Shown piece by piece: positions 47,876 to 56,116 of a stretch of DNA of 64,000 nt; position 1 is the stretch's first letter, and each line of letters opens with the position of its first letter. The stretch spans positions 26,409 to 90,408 of the forward strand of contig JAFVVO010000043.1 of assembly GCA_017502165.1 (NCBI GenBank), written 5' to 3'. A program made the translations under genes and the position numbers. The notes under the pieces were generated by a model that saw only the letters and a program-made list of their open reading frames with translations, was not told the DNA's origin and searched no databases. The stretch is from Clostridia bacterium. Its GTDB lineage: Bacteria > Bacillota > Clostridia > Christensenellales > QALW01.

Positions 47876-48679
47876 ATGAACATAAAACATAAGGGCTTAA
47901 ATAGATTTTTTGCCGATATGAAAACGTTTTTTCCCCTTTTGATGAATTTAGCGGGAAAGGACTTTAAGCTTAAATACCGCCGTTCATTTTTGGGCGTGCT
48001 TTGGAGTATTCTTAACCCCTTATTCACAATGCTTGTAATTACGCAGGTTTTCGGCATTCTGCTTAAGGTAAAGGTAGAAAATTTTGCAACCTATTACATT
48101 GTGGGCTGGTCCCTTTGGAACTTCTTTTCCGAATCAACCTCAATGTCAATGAGCTCCGTTATCTACGGCGCACCGTTAATTAAGAAGGTTTACCTGCCAA
48201 AGTACATTTTCCCATTGGAAAAGTGTCTGTTTGCGCTTATTAACCTGATGCTCAGCCTTATAGCAGTTCTTGCAGTTATGCTTATTCAGGGAGTTTTCCC
48301 TTCCTGGTCAGCACTTTTGTTCCCGATTCCCGTTATTTACTGCTTTATTTTCTGCGTGGGATTTTCACTTATTTTAAGCGCTTTAACGGTTTTCTTCCGC
48401 GATATTATGCACCTTTACAGCGTGCTTTTAACGGTTTGGATGTACTTAACTCCCCTTATTTATCCCTTCAGCTTAGTTGAAAATACACCCTTTATTTCGG
48501 ACATCGTCCGCTATAATCCTATGACGCTTTTTATCGAGTATTTCCGCTCGGTTGTTATGTACGGCACCGTTCCGAGCCTTGAAACCAATCTTTTGTGCCT
48601 CGTCATTTCACTTTTAACCTTTGCTTTGGGCGCATTGATTTTTTCAAAAGCACAAAAACGCTTTATTCTTCATATTTGA
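47876..48679 (+). CDS. wzm: ABC-2 type polysaccharide export permease
   Basis: KDFKLKYRRSFLGVLWSILNPL signature and 6 TM helices. ATG 47876 follows GAGGA. The alternative ORF-track start at 47840 has a poor RBS. Confidence 0.85.
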   Translation: MNIKHKGLNRFFADMKTFFPLLMNLAGKDFKLKYRRSFLGVLWSILNPLFTMLVITQVFGILLKVKVENFATYYIVGWSLWNFFSESTSMSMSSVIYGAPLIKKVYLPKYIFPLEKCLFALINLMLSLIAVLAVMLIQGVFPSWSALLFPIPVIYCFIFCVGFSLILSALTVFFRDIMHLYSVLLTVWMYLTPLIYPFSLVENTPFISDIVRYNPMTLFIEYFRSVVMYGTVPSLETNLLCLVISLLTFALGALIFSKAQKRFILHI

Positions 48680-48688
48680 GGTGATTGA

Positions 48689-49429
48689 ATGAACAGCGAA
48701 AACGCAGTAGAATTAAAAAATATAGAGATGCACTTTAATATGAGCAAGGAAAAGCTGGAAAGCCTTAAGGAATATTTCCTGCGCCTTGTTACACGCAAGC
48801 TGATGTTTGAAGACTTCGTTGCCCTTGACAACGTTTCCTTTGACATAAAAAAGGGTGACGTTTTCGGTATCGTTGGTCTTAACGGCTGCGGCAAAAGTAC
48901 AACTCTTAAAATAATTTCAGGTATTTTGACTCCCACCAAGGGCACTGTTGAAACTCAAGGCACAATTGCGCCCTTAATTGAGCTTGGCGCAGGCTTTGAC
49001 TTTGACCTTACCGCAAGAGAAAATATCTACTTAAACGGCTCTGTTTTAGGATATTCAAAGAAATTTATGGATTCCAAGTTCGACGATATCGTTGAATTTT
49101 CCGAAATGCACGATTTCCTTGATACTCCTATGAAAAATTATTCTTCAGGTATGATTGCCCGAATCGGTTTTGCAATCGCCACCGTTACCCAGCCTGAAAT
49201 TTTAATTGTTGACGAAATTCTGGCAGTTGGTGACTTCCGCTTCCAAGAAAAATGCGAGGCTCGAATTAACCAGATGATTACGGGGGATACCACCGTTATT
49301 ATAGTTTCCCACTCCATTGAGCAGATTGAACGCCTTTGCAACCGTTGCGTATGGCTTGAAAAGGGCAAGGTAAAGATGCTGGGAGATGCTAAAGAAGTTT
49401 GTGAGGCTTACAGAAATGCGTACAGATAA
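48689..49429 (+). CDS. wzt: Polysaccharide export ABC transporter ATP-binding protein (no C-terminal carbohydrate-binding domain)
   Basis: Walker A GLNGCGKST, signature YSSGM, Walker B ILIVDE. Confidence 0.9.
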   Translation: MNSENAVELKNIEMHFNMSKEKLESLKEYFLRLVTRKLMFEDFVALDNVSFDIKKGDVFGIVGLNGCGKSTTLKIISGILTPTKGTVETQGTIAPLIELGAGFDFDLTARENIYLNGSVLGYSKKFMDSKFDDIVEFSEMHDFLDTPMKNYSSGMIARIGFAIATVTQPEILIVDEILAVGDFRFQEKCEARINQMITGDTTVIIVSHSIEQIERLCNRCVWLEKGKVKMLGDAKEVCEAYRNAYR

Positions 49430-50141
49430 GGTGCTTTTAATTATTCCCGCATATAACGAAGAGGAAAATATAATATCCACCTGCAACAAAATCAGAAGCT
49501 ATAACGAAAATTTCGGCACAAACTATGATTTTGTGGTTATTAACGACGGCTCAAAGGATTCAACAAGCGCTCTCTGCCACGAAAATAACGTTAAAATCAT
49601 TGATTTGGTTGAAAACCTCGGTATAGGCGGCGCGGTGCAGACGGGCTATAAATACGCCCTTGAAAACGGTTATGACGTGGCTATTCAGTTTGACGGCGAC
49701 GGTCAACACGACGTTTCATACGTTAAAAAGCTTCTTGAGCCTATAAAAAATGACGAGGCGGATTTCGTTATAGGCTCACGCTTCGTTAAGGACTCCGAAA
49801 GCGCTTTTAAGTCTTCATTTATGCGCAGAGTGGGTATAAATATTATTTCATTTGCCGTTAAAATCGTATCTGGTAAGAAAATTTTTGATACCACCTCAGG
49901 CTTCAGAGCCGCTTCAAGAAAGATTATAGAGCTTTTTGCTAAATCATATCCTACGGAATATCCCGAACCCATTACCAATGCTGAAATTCTCTGCCTTGGC
50001 TACAAGGTTAAGGAGGTAGGCGTTTCCATGGAGGAGCGCGTTGGCGGTGTTTCTTCTATCCGCGCCTGGAAATCCGTTTACTATATGATTAACGTAATTC
50101 TTTCTATTTTAATTTGTTCTTCAAAGAGGAAAAGAAAATGA
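49416..50141 (+). CDS. GT2 polyprenyl-phosphate glycosyltransferase (GacI/DPM1-like)
   Basis: LLIIPAYNEEENI, INDGSKDST and FDGDGQHD. ATG 49416 lies 9 nt after GAGG and overlaps the wzt end. Confidence 0.82.
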   Translation: MRTDKVLLIIPAYNEEENIISTCNKIRSYNENFGTNYDFVVINDGSKDSTSALCHENNVKIIDLVENLGIGGAVQTGYKYALENGYDVAIQFDGDGQHDVSYVKKLLEPIKNDEADFVIGSRFVKDSESAFKSSFMRRVGINIISFAVKIVSGKKIFDTTSGFRAASRKIIELFAKSYPTEYPEPITNAEILCLGYKVKEVGVSMEERVGGVSSIRAWKSVYYMINVILSILICSSKRKRK

Positions 50142-50488
50142 ACTATATAGCACAGATTATTATCGCCTTTGCCGCTTTGCTTTTAATTGTGGTTTTACTG
50201 CTCAGAAAGGGAAAGCTCCCGGTAAAATATTCTCTTGTTTGGATATTTTCGGCATTTTTAATGATTATTGCCGTTTGTATTCCATCGGTTTTAGACTTTT
50301 TAACTAAGCTTTTAGGCTTTGAGCTTGCCTCAAACTTTATACTTTCGCTGTTTTTAGGTATCGTTATTTTTATTTCCATTTTCTTAACGGTGATAGTTTC
50401 ACGCCAAAGCACGAAAATTAAAATGCTTATTCAGGAAATTTCACTTCTTAAGGAAAAGGTTGACCGCATTAACGACAAAAATGAATAA
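50138..50488 (+). CDS. DUF2304 small membrane protein (GacJ-like partner of the preceding GT2)
   Basis: About 116 aa with 3-4 TM helices and LRKGKLPVKYSLVWI. ATGA overlap with the upstream GT2. Confidence 0.7.
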   Translation: MNYIAQIIIAFAALLLIVVLLLRKGKLPVKYSLVWIFSAFLMIIAVCIPSVLDFLTKLLGFELASNFILSLFLGIVIFISIFLTVIVSRQSTKIKMLIQEISLLKEKVDRINDKNE

Positions 50489-50522
50489 AAAAAGCGTTGT
50501 GATTTTTCACAACGTTTTTTAT
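50486..50522. terminator. Bidirectional terminator between the glycan module (+) and the lipoprotein gene (-)
   Basis: CGTTGTGA-TTTT-TCACAACG flanked by an A-run and a T-run. Confidence 0.85.
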
Positions 50523-50560
50523 TTTATTAAAATCGTAATTTTATTATCAAAATCGTAATT

Positions 50561-52018
50561 TTAATAAATAAACTGTTTTATTTTTAAGCTTGTGTCAACC
50601 AAGCCGCTTCGATCGGCTAAAAACAGACTTTTATCATCCTGCTTGACGGCTGCAACGCAATTTCCGTTAAAAATGAAGCCGATTTTACCGTCCACGTTAC
50701 TGATGTAGGCGGTTTCGTTATTATTTTTATCTAAAACGGAAAGGTCGTTACTTTCACCGGAAAGATAATAAAAATATCCCGAATCAAATTCAAAGCTTTC
50801 GGTGGTCATTTTTTTAATTATCTGCTTTTTTTCCGAGGAATAAGAATAAAGGCTGAATGATGGCGCCTTTCCCTTGGTGTAGAAAACCTGATTTTCAATA
50901 AAAAACAGATTATTTACCCCCAAATCAATTTTATTAAGGGAATTTTCCAAATAATAAAGCTCATTATCAATAAAAACGAAAAGCGTATTATTTGAATAAA
51001 AAAGATTATTTACCGAAGCGTTATTTTCAAGATAGAATGAAAGGAATTCATCGTCTGAAAACAGCAGGTTGGTTTTAATTTTATTCTCAGATAAGGTTTC
51101 GTAGGCAAAAACCGTTCTGTCCTTTGAAATATATTTTCCAAAGAGAATATTTGACGCCTTTAAGGCAGGAACAGAAGAATCAACCCTATAAATATCATAT
51201 TTGACGGTTTGCTGGGACTGGTTAAGCGAAAGCAAAAAAACGTGCTTTGTTTGATTTTCAAACTGAGATAGAATGACCGACGAAATATCAAATAAAATTT
51301 CGCCGTCGGCATACACAAAGCAATCGGCAATTTTAACCGAGGCAGACCTCTTTTGAACGGTTTTAACGTTTTTAATTATATAAGCCTTATTGTTTTCCTT
51401 ATCGGCAGAAATAATTGAAACTCCGTCTAATAAAAAGTTTCTGAAATCCGCATTGGCGGAATAAATAGGATAAAGATATTCTCCGTTTTCAAGCTTTCCG
51501 GAAGAAAGACGATACAAAAAGGTGTCATTAGAGACGAAAACACATTGAGAAACGTTATTTTCAACAGAGGTTGTTATGCCGTTACGGGTACAAAACAAGG
51601 TGGAATTTTCGTCAATAAAAATAAGGTTACCCTCCGATGAGGCTTCAATAGAATCAAAACGCACGTTTTCCTTTATTAGCTCCGTTTTATTAAAATCGGA
51701 AATTTTATAAAGGTCGCAAAGGGTAATTCCGTTTTTAGCGGAAATATTCGTTGCAAAAATCAGTAAATTTTCCTCTTTAATAAAATTTATATAGCTTTTT
51801 TCTTCAGAGCCTAAGGAATAAATAACCTTAAAATTTGTGTTTATTGCCTCCGAGCTTTTAATCAGCCAAAGCTCGTCCTCAACGGAAACGGTATAAAAGG
51901 GAAATAACTCGTTTTCTCTAAATGAATAAGAGAGTGTTTTCTCTTTATTTTCAGAAGAATAAAAGGTGCAACCTGAAAAAAGAAAAATTATTGCTAAAAA
52001 TAAAGCAAGCTTTTTCAT
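50561..52018 (-). CDS. Hypothetical lipoprotein
   Basis: Lipobox signal MKKLALFLAIIFLFSGC. The 485-aa protein is Asn/Ser/Phe-rich with no recognised family. Confidence 0.65.
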   Translation of the reverse strand: MKKLALFLAIIFLFSGCTFYSSENKEKTLSYSFRENELFPFYTVSVEDELWLIKSSEAINTNFKVIYSLGSEEKSYINFIKEENLLIFATNISAKNGITLCDLYKISDFNKTELIKENVRFDSIEASSEGNLIFIDENSTLFCTRNGITTSVENNVSQCVFVSNDTFLYRLSSGKLENGEYLYPIYSANADFRNFLLDGVSIISADKENNKAYIIKNVKTVQKRSASVKIADCFVYADGEILFDISSVILSQFENQTKHVFLLSLNQSQQTVKYDIYRVDSSVPALKASNILFGKYISKDRTVFAYETLSENKIKTNLLFSDDEFLSFYLENNASVNNLFYSNNTLFVFIDNELYYLENSLNKIDLGVNNLFFIENQVFYTKGKAPSFSLYSYSSEKKQIIKKMTTESFEFDSGYFYYLSGESNDLSVLDKNNNETAYISNVDGKIGFIFNGNCVAAVKQDDKSLFLADRSGLVDTSLKIKQFIY

Positions 52019-52055
52019 TTCGTTACACCTCTTTCTGAGTTATTTGATATTTGAA

Positions 52056-53504
52056 TTATTTAAGCATCTGAGAATAAATTTTCTCATATTTTTTTGCGGA
52101 ATTATTCCAGGAAGAATCTGATTTCATTGCCCGCAGAACCAGTTGATTCCAGGATTCCTTATTTTCATAAAAGAGCTTTTCCGCCGAATAAATCTGCTGA
52201 ATAAGTGAATAAGCGTCGTAGGAGGCAAAGGAAAAGCCGTTAGAAGCCTTTTCGTCATCTGAATAGGCAATAACCGTATCCTTAAGACCGCCCGTTTTTC
52301 TTACGATCGGAATCGTTCCGTAACGAAGGGCAATAAGCTGTGAAAGACCGCAGGGCTCAAAACGTGACGGCATTAAAAATCCGTCGCAGGCGGCGTATAT
52401 TTTATGGGAAAGCTCTTCATTATAACCAACGGTTATGCTTATTTTATCGGGATATCTGTTTTTAAGATCGTAAAACATCTGTTCAAAATGATTTTCACCT
52501 GAGCCGAGAACGATAAGCTGAATGTTTGTTTGGCAAATTTCGTCTAAAACCGCGCCGATCAAGTCAAAGCCCTTCTGGTCGGTCAGGCGGGAAACTATAC
52601 CGATGGTAAAAACGTTCTCATCCTGAAAAAGACCTAACTCCCTTTGAAGAGCCAGCTTATTTTTTATTTTTCCCTCTTTTACGGTTTCTAAGGAATAATT
52701 TTCAAAAATAGCCTTGTCGGTCTCGGGATTAAAAAAGTCGTAATCAATGCCGTTAACTATGCCGAACAAGTCTTGCTCGCGGTAGGAAACAAAAGAGTTA
52801 AGACCTTCTCCAAACTCGTGGGTTCTAATTTCCTCAGCATAGGTTTCACTAACGGTTGAAATCTTATCGGCAAAATAAAGTCCGCCTTTAAGCAGGTTAA
52901 CACAGCCGTTATTTTCAATTTTTCCTTCGGTAAAATAATTCATTGAAAGACCAAGCACGTCCTCAACGATATCAGAGCCGTAAACGCCCTGAAATTTAAG
53001 GTTATGTATGGTTAAAAGAGTTTTTGTATCTTTGTAAAAATCCTCTTTGCAAAACTGATCCTTAAGATAAACGGGAATCAGCGCGCTTTGCCAATCGTGG
53101 CAGTGAATAAGATCAGGCTTAAAATCAAGCTGAGGTAAAACCTTAAAAATTGCCCTGCAGAAATAAGCAAATTTTTCGATATCACCGCGTATTTCACCGT
53201 AGGGAGCGTCAGAAGAAAAATAATATTCGTTGTCTATAAAATAAAAGGTTATACCGTTTATTTTTGCTTCAAAAACTCCAACGTACTGATTGCGCCAGGC
53301 AAGGTCAACAAAGGTAAAAAATTTGTATTTCAGCTTTTCCTTAAGCTCCTGCTTCATACAGGCGTATTTAGGTAAAATTACACGCACGTCAAACTTCTTT
53401 TTATCAAAATAATAAGGAAGTGTACCTGCCACGTCAGCAAGACCGCCGGTTTTAATAAAGGGCAGCGCCTCGGAAACTGCAAAAAGTATATTTTTCTTTT
53501 TCAT
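52056..53504 (-). CDS. glgA: Glycogen (starch) synthase
   Basis: ILFAVSEALPFIKTGGLADVAGTLP, CHDWQSAL, PSRFEPCGLSQL. Confidence 0.93.
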   Translation of the reverse strand: MKKKNILFAVSEALPFIKTGGLADVAGTLPYYFDKKKFDVRVILPKYACMKQELKEKLKYKFFTFVDLAWRNQYVGVFEAKINGITFYFIDNEYYFSSDAPYGEIRGDIEKFAYFCRAIFKVLPQLDFKPDLIHCHDWQSALIPVYLKDQFCKEDFYKDTKTLLTIHNLKFQGVYGSDIVEDVLGLSMNYFTEGKIENNGCVNLLKGGLYFADKISTVSETYAEEIRTHEFGEGLNSFVSYREQDLFGIVNGIDYDFFNPETDKAIFENYSLETVKEGKIKNKLALQRELGLFQDENVFTIGIVSRLTDQKGFDLIGAVLDEICQTNIQLIVLGSGENHFEQMFYDLKNRYPDKISITVGYNEELSHKIYAACDGFLMPSRFEPCGLSQLIALRYGTIPIVRKTGGLKDTVIAYSDDEKASNGFSFASYDAYSLIQQIYSAEKLFYENKESWNQLVLRAMKSDSSWNNSAKKYEKIYSQMLK

Positions 53505-53653
53505 AAAAAACCTCTTTTAGTTTAACTTATACCGTTAATAGACACATTTAATAGCCGTATTCATTATAACATAAATATTTTAATAAAACAATAGCGAGCT
53601 TTTTTATTCGTTGTTTTTTATTCATTATTTTTAATAAAATATGTATAAAACTA

Positions 53654-53682
53654 TTGCATTTTAAGGCAAAAAAAGGTATAAT
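53654..53682 (+). promoter_or_regulatory. Sigma-A promoter upstream of dnaN
   Basis: TTGCAT (53654-53659), 17-nt spacer, TATAAT (53677-53682). Confidence 0.6.
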
Positions 53683-53715
53683 ATAATTGATAAATTTTGT
53701 GCTTTGGTTTATTTA

Positions 53716-53860
53716 TTATCCACATTTTATCAACCGTCCGAAAACAACTTATCAACACCGAAAATTTTTCAAAATTAAGTGTTTATGAGGGTTTTGGGAG
53801 TTATCCACAGTATTCACCGAGATATATTAATATTATTATTAATTATATATATTACAACTA
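53716..53860 (+). other. oriC-like DnaA-box cluster plus AT-rich unwinding-type tract
   Basis: Perfect TTATCCACA boxes at 53716-53724 and 53801-53809. The single-mismatch box TTATCAACA and the weaker TTATCAACC (two mismatches) lie between them. A nearly pure A/T run at about 53821-53860 follows, immediately 5' of dnaN. Confidence 0.6.
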
Positions 53861-53882
53861 TTAGAAAACGAGGTTTTGTGAA

Positions 53883-54980
53883 ATGATTTTTTCTTGCGAC
53901 AAAGCTACCTTATTGAACGGAATAAATATTGCTTCAAAGGCTCTTCCTCAAAAGAGCATCAATCCTATTTGTGACGGTATTTTATTTTATGCCAGAAACA
54001 GTGAGGTTATTTTAACTACTACCGACGCTTCATTGACTATTCAGACTAAAATTGCCGCTGATATTAAAGAGGAAGGCTCCGTAGTAATTAACGGTAAATT
54101 TATTGGTGAAGTTATCCGCAAGATGCCTGACGGTATGGTTAAAATCAGCGGAGATAAAACCGGTATTGAGGTAACGGGTAATTTTTCAAAGATAAACATT
54201 TCCGCCCTTGATCCCGACGATTATCCTGCCCTTCCTGTAATTGATAAGGATTCATTCTTTACCTTAGAGCAGGGTGAATTAAAGAAGCTTATTACGCAGA
54301 CCATGTTTGCAACCTCTATGGACGATGCAAGACCTATTTTTACCGGCTGCTTATTTGACATTGAAGAAGAATCAATTAACGTAGTTGCTCTTGACGGTCA
54401 CCGTCTTGCTCTTCGCAACTCCTTCGTTCAGGATATTGACGAGCCTATCAAGGCTATTATTCCTGCCAGAGCGTTATCTGAAATTACAAAGATTATTTCC
54501 GACACAGAGGATTTGGCACGTCTTTACATTCAAAAGAGCTACTGTATGGTAGAGATTGAGGAAACGAAGATCATTACCCGCCTTATTGACGGTGACTTTA
54601 TTAAGTACAGACCTTTAATTCCCACCGAGTTTAAGACCACTCTTACAATTAACAGAGTTGATCTTTTAGAAGCTATTGACCGTGCTTGGCTTATCGTTCG
54701 CGAAAACTTAAGAAACAAGTACATCGTTTTCAGAATAACCGACGAAAAGCTTATAATCACCTCCCGTTCCGATTCAGGTAAGGCTTATGAAGAAGTTGAT
54801 TACGCAGGAAATGCAACTCCTATTGAAATCGGTTTTAATCCTCAGTATTTCGTAGATTGCCTTAAGAATATTGAAGATGAATTTATTAACTTCTCATATA
54901 CCACCGAAAAGGGTCCCACAGTAACGGCTCCCGTTGACGGTAATAAGTTCTTATATCTTCTTTTACCGGTAATTTTGTAA
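53883..54980 (+). CDS. dnaN: DNA polymerase III beta sliding clamp
   Basis: 365 aa with a three-domain clamp pattern (LTTTDASLTI, VVALDGHRLA, GFNPQYFVDCLK). Confidence 0.93.
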   Translation: MIFSCDKATLLNGINIASKALPQKSINPICDGILFYARNSEVILTTTDASLTIQTKIAADIKEEGSVVINGKFIGEVIRKMPDGMVKISGDKTGIEVTGNFSKINISALDPDDYPALPVIDKDSFFTLEQGELKKLITQTMFATSMDDARPIFTGCLFDIEEESINVVALDGHRLALRNSFVQDIDEPIKAIIPARALSEITKIISDTEDLARLYIQKSYCMVEIEETKIITRLIDGDFIKYRPLIPTEFKTTLTINRVDLLEAIDRAWLIVRENLRNKYIVFRITDEKLIITSRSDSGKAYEEVDYAGNATPIEIGFNPQYFVDCLKNIEDEFINFSYTTEKGPTVTAPVDGNKFLYLLLPVIL

Positions 54981-54981
54981 T

Positions 54982-56061
54982 ATGTACTTAAATAAATTAC
55001 AACTCTGGAATTTTCGTTCTTACGAAAATCTGGAGTTGCTTTTTCCTGACGGCATAAGTATTTTATATGGTGAAAACGGCCAGGGAAAAACTAACGTTGT
55101 GGAAGCAATATACCTTTTATGCACCGGCAGAAGCCACAGAACAAACCGCGAGCACGATATGATTATGCTTGACCGCCCCTGGACACGCGTTCGGGCGGAA
55201 AATCTTCAAAAAGACGGCAAGCACACGGTTGATATGGTTATGGCTCGGGGGCAGAAAAAGAGGATATTGGTTAACGGCCTTGCGATTTCAAGAATAAGTG
55301 AAATTTTAGGTCAGCTCAGCGGCGTTATTTTTTCTCCCGAAGACCTTGATTTAGTTAAGGAAGGTCCTCAAAAGCGCCGTCGCTTTATGGATATAGAGCT
55401 TTCTCAGGTAAGCAAAAATTATTTTTATGCCTTAAATGAATATAACAAGGTGCTTGAGCAACGAAATTCTTTGCTTAAGGAAACGGTTAACACCTCTTCC
55501 CTTGAGGTGTGGGACCAGATGCTTGCGACTAAAGCCGTTCCCATAATTAAGGCACGAAGGGATTTTTGTTCCCGACTTGAGCCAAAGGCAAGGGAAAATC
55601 ACAAATATCTGTCTTCCGGCAAGGAAGAATTGTTTTGTTTTTATAAAGATTGCGCTCAGGGTAAGGAAAATATTGAAGAAACTCTGCTTGAAGCGCTTTA
55701 TAAATCAAGAGAAACTGATATAAAGCGCGCCTTTACCACTATCGGTCCTCATAAGGACGATATAGTTATTAAATTAGGTGAAACGGATCTTAGATATTTC
55801 GGCTCTCAGGGTCAGCAAAGAACTGCAACATTAGCTCTTAAGCTGACTGAGCTTGATTTAATGCACGAGGATTTAGGCGAATATCCCGTTTTGCTTTTAG
55901 ATGACGTGCTTTCCGAGCTTGACGAAAGAAGACAGCAAATGCTCCTTGAGAAGATTAAGGGAGTTCAGACTATTATAACCGTTGCACAAAAAACGGATCA
56001 TTTTAAGAATATCAACGCAAACTATTTTGAAGTTCAAAAAGGTAAGGTATTCAAAAGATAA
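54982..56061 (+). CDS. recF: DNA replication/repair protein RecF
   Basis: GENGQGKTNVVEAIYLL Walker A, FGSQGQQRTATLALKL, LLLDDVLSELD. Confidence 0.93.
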   Translation: MYLNKLQLWNFRSYENLELLFPDGISILYGENGQGKTNVVEAIYLLCTGRSHRTNREHDMIMLDRPWTRVRAENLQKDGKHTVDMVMARGQKKRILVNGLAISRISEILGQLSGVIFSPEDLDLVKEGPQKRRRFMDIELSQVSKNYFYALNEYNKVLEQRNSLLKETVNTSSLEVWDQMLATKAVPIIKARRDFCSRLEPKARENHKYLSSGKEELFCFYKDCAQGKENIEETLLEALYKSRETDIKRAFTTIGPHKDDIVIKLGETDLRYFGSQGQQRTATLALKLTELDLMHEDLGEYPVLLLDDVLSELDERRQQMLLEKIKGVQTIITVAQKTDHFKNINANYFEVQKGKVFKR

Positions 56062-56116
56062 AAATATTAAACTGACAATTTTTAAGTAACAGTTTTTAGA
56101 AAATAAGGAGAAAAAA

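Noticed and set aside
53505-53882. parS (TGTTNCACGTGAAACA-like) site near the origin-like region
   Set aside because: By eye I found no match to the 16-bp palindrome here or elsewhere in the window. This needs a proper pattern search.
56062-56116. T-box leader upstream of gltX, and upstream of serC at 18858-19237
   Set aside because: The gltX leader is only ~55 nt. The serC upstream region is AT-rich with no T-box motif (AGGGTGGNACCGCG-like) or specifier/antiterminator architecture that I could see.
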